Translations under genes and position numbers: made by a program | NCBI RefSeq assembly: GCF_013177435.1 | Contig: NZ_CP053627.1 | Span: 930,001-962,000 of the forward strand | Length of the DNA: 32,000 nt | Direction of reading: 5' to 3' | Source of the DNA: Xylella taiwanensis | GTDB lineage: Bacteria > Pseudomonadota > Gammaproteobacteria > Xanthomonadales > Xanthomonadaceae | Shown: positions 1 to 10,967 of the stretch, in pieces | How positions within the stretch are numbered: the stretch's first letter is position 1 | How the letters are laid out: the number at the start of each line of letters is the position of its first letter | The notes under the pieces: generated by a model | Databases searched by the model: none | What the model was told of the DNA's origin: nothing | Seen by the model: only the letters and a program-made list of their open reading frames with translations

Positions 1-329
1 GTGCCGATTCCCCTAACTGGAGGAGCGCAACTGCGATAAGCGTGTGTGATGCCGACTATATTGCAAGCGCTTGGGTTGGATGCGGCGCACTGCCACCTGC
101 GGCATTGCGGCTCCAGCCGTTGCTGAACTATCTGCACATTCCGAGTGAGCGTGATGGAATGCTTTGGGTCAACGATTCGATCAGCATGATGCCGCATGTA
201 ACCTGAGTGGTATTGGAGTGCTTTCCTTTGTGTTGTGCGGTGGTACTGGTGGGCAGGAGAGATGGTCGTACGGGTGTAGTACCTCGGGTGGGTGTGGGAG
301 CAGCGGTATTCAGGCTGAAACCAAGCGGT

Positions 330-1097
330 TTAGTGGATGGTGGCAATGAAGTGTCGCAGTGCTGCCGCAATTTGATTGGCATGCTTGAGGAACGGAGCGT
401 GGCCGCTGCCGGCGATGGTGAGCAACTCGGTCTGGCCACGCGGCGCCAATGCTGTTGCTGCGTGCAAGCTCGCCGTGGGTGCCAGCCGATCCTGCTGGCC
501 GGCGATCCATAGGCTTGGACGTGTGAGGTCAATCACGGCGCGACGTAAATCGGTACGTTCGAGGAGGTCCAGGCCGGTCTGGAGTGTTGCGGGGTTTGAT
601 GTGTTGCGTGTGTTTAAAATGTGCTGTAACTGGCGCAACTCGGTATGCCCGTGTGTTGACCCAAGTGTGTTTAGGGTAAGAAACCGGTTGATGGTATCCG
701 TGTAGTTCTGCTTCAGATCTTGGCCGAATTGGGCGAACACGTTGGCTTCGACGGCGTGTGGCCAATCCTTGCGCCGTATGAAGCATGGTGTTGCAGCCAG
801 CATGACCAGGCCGCGTACCTGAGGTAGGGTGGCTGCTGCGTGCAGTGCGAATAGTCCGCCCAGTGACCAGCCCAGCCACACGGCTGGAGGCGTGGCCGCA
901 GCGATTGCGCGCACCACGTGCGGCAGAGCCAGTGGGGTGGGAGTCGTGTGGCTGTGGCCATGTCCGGGGAGATCGACCAGGTATAGCGTGTGGTGGTCGG
1001 CGAGTTGCTCGACTAGCGGTATGAATACACCGCTGTGCAGTGCCCAACCATGGATCAAAACCAGTGCCGGACCATGCCCGGTAACTTCGATATGCAT
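330..1097 (-). CDS. bioH: pimeloyl-ACP methyl ester esterase BioH (alpha/beta hydrolase)
   Basis: 255-aa ORF with LVLIHGW near the N-terminus, a GWSLGG nucleophile elbow and a C-terminal SGHAPF His region. It lies 155 nt downstream of bioF on the same strand. Confidence 0.85.
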   Translation of the reverse strand: MHIEVTGHGPALVLIHGWALHSGVFIPLVEQLADHHTLYLVDLPGHGHSHTTPTPLALPHVVRAIAAATPPAVWLGWSLGGLFALHAAATLPQVRGLVMLAATPCFIRRKDWPHAVEANVFAQFGQDLKQNYTDTINRFLTLNTLGSTHGHTELRQLQHILNTRNTSNPATLQTGLDLLERTDLRRAVIDLTRPSLWIAGQQDRLAPTASLHAATALAPRGQTELLTIAGSGHAPFLKHANQIAAALRHFIATIH

Positions 1098-1252
1098 CGC
1101 TACATTCGTTGCTGATATGAGGGGTTTGGGTGGTCTGTCGGTCGATGAGTCATCGGCGGTAAGGTGCTTAGATGGTCAAGCGTGCCGGTGTTGTGCTTTT
1201 CTTGTATTGCTGTGAGAGGTGGAGGAGCGCGTCAGTGCCCTGAGGTCGAACG

Positions 1253-2458
1253 CTATACCGGTACAGGCGCAATGTCGGCGGCGATGGCATCGCGGGCGCG
1301 TGCAAGTGCTTGCACTAATGTGTCGATCTGCTCGGGGGTATGTAGGGCGGACAGGGTCACGCGCAACCGTGATTTTCCCTCCGGTACGCTTGGTGGTCGG
1401 ATCGCGTTGACCAGCAACCCTTCGCGTTCCAATGCGGCTGACATGGCCATTGCCGTGGTTTCATTGCCGCATTGCAAGGGCTGGATTGGCGTGTCTGAAG
1501 CCATGATGTCCAAACCGTGGCGGCGACTACCTTCACGGAAACGCTCCACGAGTTCGTGCAGGCGCTGCCGGCGCCATTCGTCGCGCCGTGCAACGCGGAT
1601 CGCGGCGAGTGCTGCAGCGGCTTGCGCTGGGGGAAGTGCAGTGGTGTAGAGGTACGGTCGTGCGGTTTCGGCCAAGTGTTGGATCAGCGTGGTATTGCCG
1701 AGCACGGCTGCGCCGTAGCCACCCAGGGCTTTACTGAGGGTCACTAATTGTAAGGGCACTTCCTCTACGCTGAGCCAAGCAGCGGCGACGCTGCCGCGCC
1801 CTTGGGGCCCGGTCGTTCCGACACCGTGTGCGTCATCCACATACATGAGTGCTTGCTGAGTTCGCGCGACCAAGCTGAGTTCACGTAATGGAGCGATGTC
1901 GCCGTCCATGCTGAATACGCCATCGGTGGCCAGGATTGCTGCACCTTCAGGTGCGTTCTTGAGCTGATGCGCCGCTCCAGCGACGTCCAGGTGTGGGTAA
2001 CGGCGTAGGCGACAGCCTGCTAAACGGGTGGCGTCTAGCAGGCTGGCATGGTTGAGCCGGTCTTGAACGCAAACGTCGTTTTCTTTGTTGAGCAGGGCTT
2101 GTTGCACTGCCAAGTTGGCTGCGAAACCGCTGCTGAACAGCAATGCCCGCGGATAGCCCAACCACTCGGCCAATTCATGCTCCAATGCTTTGTGTACGGC
2201 GTGGTGACCACAGATCAGATGCGAAGCAGTGGCACCGATGCCGTCGCGAGCGGCCGCATCCTGCAGTGCGGCGATGACTTCGAAGTGTTGGGTGAGCCCT
2301 AGGTAGTCGTTGGAACAGAATTCGATCAACCAGCGTCCGTTGATTTCGAGCCGAACGCCTTCACGCTTTTCGACCGTGCGTCTAGTGCGTATACGGCATT
2401 GTGCTAGACGCAGTTTGCGCAGTGACAGTATGCGTTCATTCAAATCCGGTCGTGTCAT
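1253..2458 (-). CDS. bioF: 8-amino-7-oxononanoate synthase
   Basis: 401-aa ORF of the class II aminotransferase/AONS family. Motifs include SNDYLGL, DDAHG, the PLP-lysine context [10 protein letters not shown], and a C-terminal [19 protein letters not shown]. Confidence 0.93.
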   Translation of the reverse strand: MTRPDLNERILSLRKLRLAQCRIRTRRTVEKREGVRLEINGRWLIEFCSNDYLGLTQHFEVIAALQDAAARDGIGATASHLICGHHAVHKALEHELAEWLGYPRALLFSSGFAANLAVQQALLNKENDVCVQDRLNHASLLDATRLAGCRLRRYPHLDVAGAAHQLKNAPEGAAILATDGVFSMDGDIAPLRELSLVARTQQALMYVDDAHGVGTTGPQGRGSVAAAWLSVEEVPLQLVTLSKALGGYGAAVLGNTTLIQHLAETARPYLYTTALPPAQAAAALAAIRVARRDEWRRQRLHELVERFREGSRRHGLDIMASDTPIQPLQCGNETTAMAMSAALEREGLLVNAIRPPSVPEGKSRLRVTLSALHTPEQIDTLVQALARARDAIAADIAPVPV

Positions 2459-3337
2459 GCAGACATCCCTATGTGGGCGTTGAGTCCGTTAGCCTAGCGC
2501 GTCAGCCGGTGTGGCGCCCAGTGAGTGGGTGTTCCGGAGTCTGTCAAGTCCAGTGGCCTATGGGTGTGAGTGGTGCGTTACTGCGGCGGTGAATCGCCCT
2601 TTTGCTTGGTGAAGCTCGGCCTTGGGATTGCTCATGGTTAGGATCAGGTGGTGGTTGCTGGAATTGAGCGTAATGGGTGCGGCGTCGCCAAAGCAGGTGA
2701 GTGCGGCTGCACATCGCTGTGGTGCTGGGCAGGTGTGACATTTCGCCGCAGTGGCTAAGTTTGAGGCAGGTCTTGTAGGCATAAAGTGCTATGCCACTTG
2801 CTTTAGATCGATGCAGTTACAAGAGGTTGTTTGTTTTATGTGGGCTGTTCGTAGGTTGTTGGGTATGTGGTGCTTGTTCGATGGCGATGGGGCATCAATG
2901 GGCTTACCGCAACTAGGGTGAGTTATTCTGCTTGCTTGCGTTGTCCCCGTGATGCCAGGACGTCTCTATAGGTGATTGAATGCTGTATTGCGTTGGTCAT
3001 GCGAGCGTGCTGTCAGGTGCTGATCTTGTCACTGCATCCATATGGTCTGGTCGTTGTTGGGGACTGAGCTTGACTGCAGGGGGATATGCTGTGGATCGGG
3101 ATGCTGCTGGTGAAGGGTTCGATCTTGCATGAATGCCAGGGATTGCGGCTTAGGACGGTTCTGCATGTCTGCTTGCTGTGGGAGGACGATACCAGCCCCT
3201 GGGGTGTCGGTGTATGTAATCGACTTTGATCGTTGCATCGTGTTGCGTGATGCCTTCGGTATTCATTGGGACTAATGTAGTTGGAGTAAGTGTGGGCTTG
3301 TGAGTGAAGTTGTTGTCATTGAAGTGAGTTTTTTCTA

Positions 3338-4501
3338 ATGGATTTATTTGCCCGGCCGGTACGGTTCCGGCATTTCCATCGCATGGCTTGGTTAGCCGCA
3401 TTGTTTACCGCCAGCACGATCATGTTTGGCAGTTTTGTGCGCTTGTCCGATGCTGGCATGAGCTGTCCTGATTGGCCGACGTGCTATGGCCGTATCACTT
3501 GGCCACAGACGGCGGCGGAGGCGGATGCCCATGCGGCGAGTCAGATCCGCCCATTGGAGACGGACAAAGTCTGGCGTGAACAGGTGCATCGTTTCTTGGC
3601 TGGCATGCTGGGCGTGGAGGTGTTAGTGCTGTCACTGTTGGCTGCACGCCGCCGTCGGTTCGGTGTCGCTCAGATTTGCAGCGCCGTGGTGCTGGTGGTG
3701 TTGTCGATTCCGTTGTACATGGCCGGCCAGCGTGCAGGAGCAATGGCGGCGGCGGTACTGGGCGAGGTGATCCTGCTGTTCGCTGCGTTCTGTTGGAATA
3801 ACCAGGATTTGTCTCGGGCCGCTGTGCTGACCTTGGCTGTGGTGATCTTCCAGGCATTATTGGGGATGTGGACAGTCACGTTGTTGCTCAAGCCGATCGT
3901 TGTGATAGGTCACCTGCTTGGCGGTCTGCTGATGTTTGCGTTGCTGGTGTGGATGGCTTGGCGGGCGACTCACTTACCGATCACCTTGGGTGATGCTACC
4001 AAGCTGCGTTGCTGGCTGCGTTTGGGTTTGGTGGTGCTGGTGTTGCAGATTGCGTTGGGGGGGTGGGTCAGTGCTAACTACGCGGCGTTGGCGTGTGGCG
4101 GCGGTGCTTGGTTGGTAGATAACTTCCCGCGTTGTGTGGGTGAGTGGTGGCCGCCGCAGGACTTCAGTGAGGGCTTCACTCTGCTGCGTATGATCAGTGT
4201 GGATTATGAGGGAGGTGTGCTTGACGGTGCGTCGCGGATTGCGATCCAGATGGCGCATCGGCTGTGGGCGATTGTGGCTTCTGTCTATCTGGTGTGGCTG
4301 GCTTGGCGTTTATCCCGCCGGCCGGGCATGCGCGCTTGGGCGGTAGTGTTAGCGCTGCTGGTGGTGTTGCAAGTGATGCTTGGCGTGCTCAACGTTAAAT
4401 TGGCGGTTCCGTTGGTGGTGGGGGTGATGCACAACGGTGGCGCGGTGGCACTGGTCTTCGTGTTAGTTTCTCTACTCGCACGTCTGCGTGCCCCGGAGTG
4501 A
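3338..4501 (+). CDS. ctaA: heme A synthase (COX15/CtaA family)
   Basis: 387-aa polytopic membrane ORF with the Cox15 N-terminal signature [10 protein letters not shown] and conserved His in TM helices. It sits immediately upstream of, and overlaps, ctaB. Confidence 0.9.
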   Translation: MDLFARPVRFRHFHRMAWLAALFTASTIMFGSFVRLSDAGMSCPDWPTCYGRITWPQTAAEADAHAASQIRPLETDKVWREQVHRFLAGMLGVEVLVLSLLAARRRRFGVAQICSAVVLVVLSIPLYMAGQRAGAMAAAVLGEVILLFAAFCWNNQDLSRAAVLTLAVVIFQALLGMWTVTLLLKPIVVIGHLLGGLLMFALLVWMAWRATHLPITLGDATKLRCWLRLGLVVLVLQIALGGWVSANYAALACGGGAWLVDNFPRCVGEWWPPQDFSEGFTLLRMISVDYEGGVLDGASRIAIQMAHRLWAIVASVYLVWLAWRLSRRPGMRAWAVVLALLVVLQVMLGVLNVKLAVPLVVGVMHNGGAVALVFVLVSLLARLRAPE

Positions 4502-5403
4502 GTATGGCGGCTCGATTTCGGGACTATTGGGACCTGACGAAGCCCAAGGTAGTGGCATTGATTGTATTCACCGCTCTGGTTGGGATGTTTCTGGCTGTCC
4601 CTGGTATGCCCAGTATTGTGCAGGTGCGGGCCGGTGCGCTTGGATTTTTAGGCATCTGGCTGGCGGCGGCAGCGGCAGCGGCGATCAATCAGCTGCTGGA
4701 TGCCAAAATCGATGCACAGATGGCACGCACTTCATGGCGCCCGCTCGTTGTTGGCAAGATACGTCCGGTGCAGGTACTGGTTTTCGCGGGTGTGTTGATC
4801 ACTCTTTCGATGACGATTTTGCTCGTTTGGGTCAACCTCATTACGGCAGTGCTGACGTTCGCTTCACTGATCGGCTATGCGGTGATCTACACGGTGTACC
4901 TCAAGCGTATGACCTCGCAGAACATTGTGATTGGTGGTTTGGCGGGTGCCATGCCGCCGATGCTGGGATGGGCGGCGGTAACGGGGTTGTCGACAGCGGC
5001 AGACTGGATCAATGCGTCATTGCTGGTAGCCATCATTTTCGTGTGGACACCGCCGCACTTCTGGGCGTTGGCGATCTTTCGCCGTGCTGATTACGCCAAG
5101 GCATCAATTCCGATGTTGCCGGTGACCCATGGGGTACAACACACACGTCGTCAGATCTTGTTGTATACGGTGATTCTGAGTGTGGTGACGTTACTGCCGG
5201 TGGTCACTGGCATGAGCGGAGTGTTTTACCTGGGTGGTGCTTTGGTGTTGGATGCAGGGTTCCTTTGGTATGCATGGCGGATGCTTGATCCACCCGACGA
5301 ATTGTTTGCGATGAAAACGTTTGGTTATTCGGTGGTTTATTTGATGGCGTTATTTGCCTTCCTGATGTTTGATCATTGGTTGAGGGTGGCTAATGTTTAT
5401 TGA
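4498..5403 (+). CDS. ctaB: protoheme IX farnesyltransferase (heme O synthase, UbiA family)
   Basis: 301-aa ORF with the UbiA prenyltransferase motif [19 protein letters not shown] and multiple TM segments. GTG at 4498 overlaps the ctaA stop. ATG at 4504 is an equally plausible start. Confidence 0.92.
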   Translation: MSMAARFRDYWDLTKPKVVALIVFTALVGMFLAVPGMPSIVQVRAGALGFLGIWLAAAAAAAINQLLDAKIDAQMARTSWRPLVVGKIRPVQVLVFAGVLITLSMTILLVWVNLITAVLTFASLIGYAVIYTVYLKRMTSQNIVIGGLAGAMPPMLGWAAVTGLSTAADWINASLLVAIIFVWTPPHFWALAIFRRADYAKASIPMLPVTHGVQHTRRQILLYTVILSVVTLLPVVTGMSGVFYLGGALVLDAGFLWYAWRMLDPPDELFAMKTFGYSVVYLMALFAFLMFDHWLRVANVY

Positions 5404-6342
5404 AATGAGTCGTTCGAGGTGAATGGATGCTCAGGACACATGATTCGCCATTACATAAATTTTGGCGTATTTAATTCAATCCATGATCGTAATATGCAAG
5501 CGTATTAAGCCGTTGTGGTGAACGTGTCATCCAATGTTGTTGAATCGTTGATGATGAGAGGAGCCAAGGTGTTGGTTTTGTCATGTGTGATATTCTTAAT
5601 TTATGAAATTCATGGATTATTTTATAAGTTAATAATGTGCTTTAAATGAAATTTTCCGCAAACGCAACATGTGGTTTTGTTATGGTTGATGGGTATTTAA
5701 AGGAACTCAGGTTAATATCAAGTAAAAGGTGAGGTGAAATATAAGTCTGCCCAAATGAAAGTGTTCAGAATTTGTCGGTAATGCAATGATGCGATTGCAT
5801 GGTGGATTTATGGGTTGCTTATATTTTTCTCAAGATTGAGAGTGGGGACTACATTAGCTGGATTTTTAGTCTTTTTGTTTTTCATTGTGCTTTATTTTTA
5901 AAATAATTTTCTTGTGGCTGTAAGTGGTTGATAAAAACTCTTTATAATTCAATAGCATCGATACCAAGATTAAGGTGTGACCCTGCTGCTACTGATATGT
6001 TATGGGGGTTCGAGACAGCTCTGAGTGCTATTGGTTCTTCTTAAGCATGATGACCAGTGATGCTCGATCATAAATCCAGGGTGGTTAGATGTGTCTTTCG
6101 GATGTTGGTGAGTCAATAAAGTGCGAAGGTAATATTTTTATGAAAAATAGAAAGCAGAAGTGTTGCAAAGGAAGAAAATTAATAAATGCAAAGATATAGT
6201 TTCCGATTTGGGTCGGCTTGACTACAGTACGTAAATTCGCCGCGCAGTATGGCGTTTTTCATTCAAGAGAATATCTACTCTTTATCCGAATAGACCTCTA
6301 TATAAATAGAGTTTTATTCATTTTTCCAAGAAGGAAATCGCA

Positions 6343-7182
6343 GTGATCACAGTCACACCGTTTCAAACCGGCACAGTCCGTATCAAAACCGCTCAACAGG
6401 CAGGACAAGACGGTAAGAACGGTATCGGTCGCAAGTTCGATATATTTCGTGATCCAAACTGGACCGAAGCGTTGCCCATTTTTTGTTTCTTGATTGAACA
6501 TCCGGAAGGTCGTTTCCTTGTGGATACAGGTGACACGTGGCGCAACGCTGTGCCGGGATACCTGCCCCGCTGGAATCCGTTTTTCACTAAGCAAGCGATG
6601 GTCAAGGTTGCGTTGCACGAAGAGATTGGCCCGCAGCTACTGGCGAAGCATATCGATCCGTCACGTGACGTCGAGGCCGTTATTCTCACGCATATGCACC
6701 ACGATCATGCCGGTGGCCTCAATCATTTCCCGCATACTCGTGTCATAGTGACAAAGGAGAACTATGATGCCTCACGTGGATTTTTGGGTAAGGTTGCAGG
6801 CTGTCTGCCTCAGCACTGGCCGATCTGGCTGAAGCCGGAGCTGATCGAACTGACTGGACCTGCTGTCGGTCCGTTCGCCTCCTCCTATCCAATCACCCGT
6901 GACGGCCGCATCGTGCTTGTACCGACCCCAGGCCACGCCAACGGGCATGTTTCCGTGTTGGTTTGCAATGACGACCTGTCGATCTTTATCGCTGGGGATG
7001 CGACGTACGCTGAGGGCATTCTGCGTTCCGGGAAGGTGGACGGTGTGACCTTCGATCCTGTGCTATCGAAGGATACCCTTCGTAGAATCACCGAGTACGC
7101 AACATCGACGCCGACAGTCATCCTGCCATCCCATGATCCTGATGGCCCAGCACGCTTGGCCGCTCGTCAAACATTCATTTGA
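6343..7182 (+). CDS. MBL-fold metallo-hydrolase, N-acyl-homoserine-lactonase-like family
   Basis: 279-aa ORF with a GTG start preceded by AAGGAAA. It carries the zinc motif THMHHDHAGG (HxHxDH followed by AGG, as in AiiA/AttM-type lactonases), later TPGHANGH and a distal GD..Y. AT-rich DNA lies on the 5' side. Confidence 0.8.
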   Translation: MITVTPFQTGTVRIKTAQQAGQDGKNGIGRKFDIFRDPNWTEALPIFCFLIEHPEGRFLVDTGDTWRNAVPGYLPRWNPFFTKQAMVKVALHEEIGPQLLAKHIDPSRDVEAVILTHMHHDHAGGLNHFPHTRVIVTKENYDASRGFLGKVAGCLPQHWPIWLKPELIELTGPAVGPFASSYPITRDGRIVLVPTPGHANGHVSVLVCNDDLSIFIAGDATYAEGILRSGKVDGVTFDPVLSKDTLRRITEYATSTPTVILPSHDPDGPARLAARQTFI

Positions 7183-7689
7183 CCAAGTGATGCAGGCTCG
7201 TACTCGTGTGTCAGCGTGTTCATGCGTCATCATGGTGCGTCATTGCATACACTGCACTCTATAGCTGCGTCGATGATCACGGAGGGTACGGGTTGCCCTC
7301 GGTGCGTGCTGATTGTGTGGGATGGTTCCGACGGCATGGCAAGCGCTAGACGCATGTTCTGCTGCGCGTGCTCTGAAGTCATGTTGCTTCGATCCAGCAA
7401 AGCTGACAGCAGCTCGTTTTTGAATTGGTTTGTGATCGAGTCGTTCTTGATCTTCAGCAGCTTGGAAGCACGGTCACGTCGCGTTGGCAGCGCGTTACAT
7501 GTAGCGTGCAGACATGAGTTCTGGCGCGCTGATGATCGGCTATTCTCAATGGCAAGGCGCTAAGGTACGAGATGTCAAGCCGTGCAGGCAGCATGGCGAG
7601 GCAGACATCGGTGGTTGTGTGTTGGATGCTTCAATATGTTGTCAATGGCCTGAAATACGCCGCTTTGATTTTATGCTTCGTGGCACACG

Positions 7690-8940
7690 TCAAACATCTG
7701 TTCTCATTCCGCTATCGTGGACCTGAGCTAAGTTGATCGCATGGATCCGTGCTTTAGCCAGTGCTGCGCCGATGTGTGTGCCGTGCAGACCTTGTGCGTT
7801 AAGGTCACGTGCGTGCATTGCCAATGCTGCGGCGTGCAGTCGGCACAATAGTTGTCCTTGTGGGTAGTTGGCATCTTTGTATCCACAGCGTCCTCGATAA
7901 TCGGCTTCGCACACCAGCGCAAGCTGGGCGATCCGTTCGGGTCGGCGGAATGCATCGCAGCGTTGCAGCAGTTCGTATACGGTGTGATCACATAACTTTG
8001 ACAGACGGTGTACGTTGAGGTGTTCGCGACAGGCGATTAATGCGAGTTGCTGGTGATCTCGTGGGACTTTGAGCCGTTCACTGAGCTGTTGTGTCGGTGC
8101 TATCCCGCGTTGCTCGTGCATCGGATGATGCGGCCATGCTTCGCGTGGGGTCAGGGCTTTCCCGAGATCGTGGCACAGTGCAGCGAAGCCGATTGGCACA
8201 TCGCCCGGCGCCAGCTTTGCAGCCATATCACTGACCAATTCTTGGTGGATGCCGGTGTCGATTTCCGGGTGATAGTCTGAATGCTGTGGTACCCCATATA
8301 ACGCGTTTAATTCGGGTAACACGACGTCGAGTGCATTCACCGTGTGTAGTGTATGGAGGAAGGCTGATGGCTGCGAGCAGGCTAGGGCTCGGCTCAGTTC
8401 CTTCCATACTCGCTCGGGGGTCAAACTGTTCAGTTCGCCGCTGACAGCCATCTGACGCATCATTGCCAGTGTTGCAGGAGCAATGCTGAAGCCTAATGGT
8501 GCCAACCGCGCCATAAAGCGTGCTGCGCGCAGCACGCGCAGTGGATCCTCGGCAAATGCCGGGCCAATATGGCGCAATACGCGTTGCTCAAGATCATGCA
8601 CGCCGCCATAGGGATCGATCAATGTGCCATTGCTCTGGTCGCGAGCAATCGCATTGATAGTGAAGTCACGGCGTTGTAGATCTTGTTCGAGTGTTACCGC
8701 TGGGTCAGCGTTGACGATAAAGCCACGGTAACCACGGCCGTTTTTACGTTCGGTACGTGCCAGTGCGAATTCTTCGCCGGTCTTGGGGTGTAGGAATACA
8801 GGAAAGTCACGGCCTACCGCCTTAAAGCCCAGGCTCTCCATGTGTGCTGGGTCGGTGCCAACGACGACCCAATCGCAGTCGCCAGCAGGCTGACCTAGTA
8901 AGGCGTCACGGACGGCGCCACCGACAAGGTAGATTTTCAA
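7690..8940 (-). CDS. cca: multifunctional CCA-adding tRNA nucleotidyltransferase with HD phosphohydrolase domain
   Basis: 416-aa ORF with N-terminal [16 protein letters not shown] and a DxD context (polymerase beta-type nucleotidyltransferase), RRDFTINA, and the HD-domain motif LCHDLGK. Confidence 0.93.
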   Translation of the reverse strand: MKIYLVGGAVRDALLGQPAGDCDWVVVGTDPAHMESLGFKAVGRDFPVFLHPKTGEEFALARTERKNGRGYRGFIVNADPAVTLEQDLQRRDFTINAIARDQSNGTLIDPYGGVHDLEQRVLRHIGPAFAEDPLRVLRAARFMARLAPLGFSIAPATLAMMRQMAVSGELNSLTPERVWKELSRALACSQPSAFLHTLHTVNALDVVLPELNALYGVPQHSDYHPEIDTGIHQELVSDMAAKLAPGDVPIGFAALCHDLGKALTPREAWPHHPMHEQRGIAPTQQLSERLKVPRDHQQLALIACREHLNVHRLSKLCDHTVYELLQRCDAFRRPERIAQLALVCEADYRGRCGYKDANYPQGQLLCRLHAAALAMHARDLNAQGLHGTHIGAALAKARIHAINLAQVHDSGMRTDV

Positions 8941-9023
8941 TGCATCATCTCAGTGATGAGATACCGAGGATGGTACACCGCCAATGAGAGGCACTGGGCT
9001 GGCTTTTGCGGCAGGCATCGTGC

Positions 9024-10967
9024 TTACTGACAGATGATTTGTTTACGCAGGTGGCTGGGTTTGCCAAGGAGTCGGTCAGTGAGTGGCAGCGCATCACCGT
9101 TGAGGCGCCAGTCATAGATCACGCTGAAAGCAAGTACGCGTGCGACATACTCGCGTGTCTCTTTGTAGTTGATGGTTTCGATCCAGAGATCCGGATCATA
9201 GTTGGGGCGCTGTGCCAGCCAGCGTTGGACTGAGCCTGGGCCCGCGTTGTAAGCGGCAATGGTCAGATACGGATGGTTGTACTGGTCAAGGAGTTGGCGT
9301 AAGTAAGCGCTGCCAATGGCAATGTTGGTGTCTGCATCGTATAGGTTGTCGGCGTTACCATAGTCGGTCAAGCCAATGCGTTTTGCCACGCTTGCTGCTG
9401 TGCTGGGTAGAACTTGCATCAGGCCGCGTGCATTGGCTGGGGAGCGTGCGCGTGGGTTGAATACGCTTTCGGCACGGATTTCGGCAGCGATCCAGGCAGG
9501 GTCGAGTCCGTGCTTGGCTGCTTCACGGTTGATCGTAGCATCGTGGCGTACTGGGAAGCGCAGGTCGTACATGCGTAGCTCGGCAGGCTGCTTACCGAGC
9601 GCGAAGACGGCACGGTCGAACCAGTCGGCGGCACTGGCCACTTCTACGGCTAGCCGGCGTTCGTTGTCATTGAAGCGGGTGAGCGCGTCGTTCCATTCGA
9701 GTGTGGCCCAGGCGGTTCTGTCGATCTGAAACAGACTGATCGCACGTACCAGCGCGGGAGTACGCGCGACAGCGGCTTTAGCCTGGGTGCGATCAGCGGC
9801 ATCGTTGGGATGCCATAGGCACAGTGTATAGGGCTGTTGCAGATGGTCTGCAGCAAGAAAGCCATGAAATGTGGCACTGCGTGCCGCGGCACGGTATAGC
9901 GTTTGGGCCTGTACACTTTCACCAGTCTTTTCGGCCAAGCGTGCCTCAAAGTATTGCCAGCGCGGATCGCCGCGCTGTGTCGGTGGCATCTTGCGGATCG
10001 CCTCTAACGCTGCTGGCCAGTCGCCGCGTGCCAGTGCTTCGCGCGTGCGCCATTCGTGGAGGCGTTCATCGTAAGCAGATTCTGGTACTGCGGCTAGTCG
10101 CCGTGCTGCATCCGGCAGGTAGGAAGCGACCGTCCACAACGCGATTTGGTACAGCACTTGACCGCGCTGCGTCTCATTGAGGTCAAGTGCGTCGACATAC
10201 GTAGGTAAGGAGCGTTCAACGGCGCTCGGATCGCTCCTAGCCAGCCGTGCCAGTCCGTCAATAACGATACGTTGGCTGCGTTCAGTCTTGGGCCAATTCA
10301 GAGCGGGCCGATGTGGCGTCTCGACAAAGGAGGCGTAGTCGTTAGCCAAGGCTTGGTCAGTCGCTGGCAGGCCACGTGCGGCGGCACGCATCACTTCGGG
10401 TTGCTGCGCGTCAGCAGCGGCTTCGATGCGCGCCCAGCGCAGTGTATTGTCCAAATCTCCTTGAGCGGAGAGTGCAGCAAATACTGAGTCGCAGGCGTCG
10501 GACATTGGCTTTCCGGCATCGCGCCATAGTGCTTGCACTTCTTTTGTCCACTGAGCGTCTGCTTTGCCTAAACGTTGTCGTGCTTCCAGCTGGGCACAAC
10601 GTAGGCTGATGGTGCGGGTCGGTTTCCAATTCGCCAGCAGTGTGGCCCAGTCTTTACGCCGCACAACGACGGGCAGCCATGCTGAGCGGAATGCCTGAGC
10701 GACGGCCTGATCAGCGTAACGGGAGAGGAAGTTTTGCGCCTGGGTGTTGCTGATTGTGTCGATATTGCGGCGCAGATTGGCGTATTCGATCCAACCGTAC
10801 AACGGATGCCCACTCAGAGTAGCTGCTTGAGATGGATCGAGGCGGCCATTTTCGGCAGCAGCGATGGCATTGCGAACAGCCAGCAGTTGCGGGTCACCGT
10901 TTTGTGCGCGGGCACAGCCAGTGATGCCCAGTGCGAGTACAGTGACGAAACGTAAGAGCAGAGTCAT
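9024..10967 (-). CDS. slt: soluble lytic murein transglycosylase (Slt70-like)
   Basis: 647-aa ORF with a signal peptide (MTLLLRFVTVLALGITGCARA), a long alpha-superhelical N-terminal region, and a C-terminal SLT domain with catalytic-Glu context AEIRAESVFNPRARSPANARGLMQV and AYNAGPG. Confidence 0.9.
   Translation of the reverse strand: MTLLLRFVTVLALGITGCARAQNGDPQLLAVRNAIAAAENGRLDPSQAATLSGHPLYGWIEYANLRRNIDTISNTQAQNFLSRYADQAVAQAFRSAWLPVVVRRKDWATLLANWKPTRTISLRCAQLEARQRLGKADAQWTKEVQALWRDAGKPMSDACDSVFAALSAQGDLDNTLRWARIEAAADAQQPEVMRAAARGLPATDQALANDYASFVETPHRPALNWPKTERSQRIVIDGLARLARSDPSAVERSLPTYVDALDLNETQRGQVLYQIALWTVASYLPDAARRLAAVPESAYDERLHEWRTREALARGDWPAALEAIRKMPPTQRGDPRWQYFEARLAEKTGESVQAQTLYRAAARSATFHGFLAADHLQQPYTLCLWHPNDAADRTQAKAAVARTPALVRAISLFQIDRTAWATLEWNDALTRFNDNERRLAVEVASAADWFDRAVFALGKQPAELRMYDLRFPVRHDATINREAAKHGLDPAWIAAEIRAESVFNPRARSPANARGLMQVLPSTAASVAKRIGLTDYGNADNLYDADTNIAIGSAYLRQLLDQYNHPYLTIAAYNAGPGSVQRWLAQRPNYDPDLWIETINYKETREYVARVLAFSVIYDWRLNGDALPLTDRLLGKPSHLRKQIICQ

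Noticed and set aside
3-205. Open frame entering from the left window edge on the plus strand (…LLNYLHIPSERDGMLWVNDSISMMPHVT stop)
   Set aside because: It could be the 3' end of an upstream gene. Only about 67 codons are visible, I recognise no family, and no supporting signal is present. I also found no bioC-like frame on the minus strand here.
4488-5090. 200-aa alternative-frame ORF overlapping ctaB
   Set aside because: It is on the same strand as ctaB but out of frame. The ctaB frame has the UbiA motif and TM pattern, and this frame has neither.
6003-6025. GGGGGTTCGAGAC resembling a tRNA T-loop (GGTTCGA)
   Set aside because: There is no complementary T-stem, acceptor stem or anticodon arm around it. 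I found no tRNA elsewhere in the window either.
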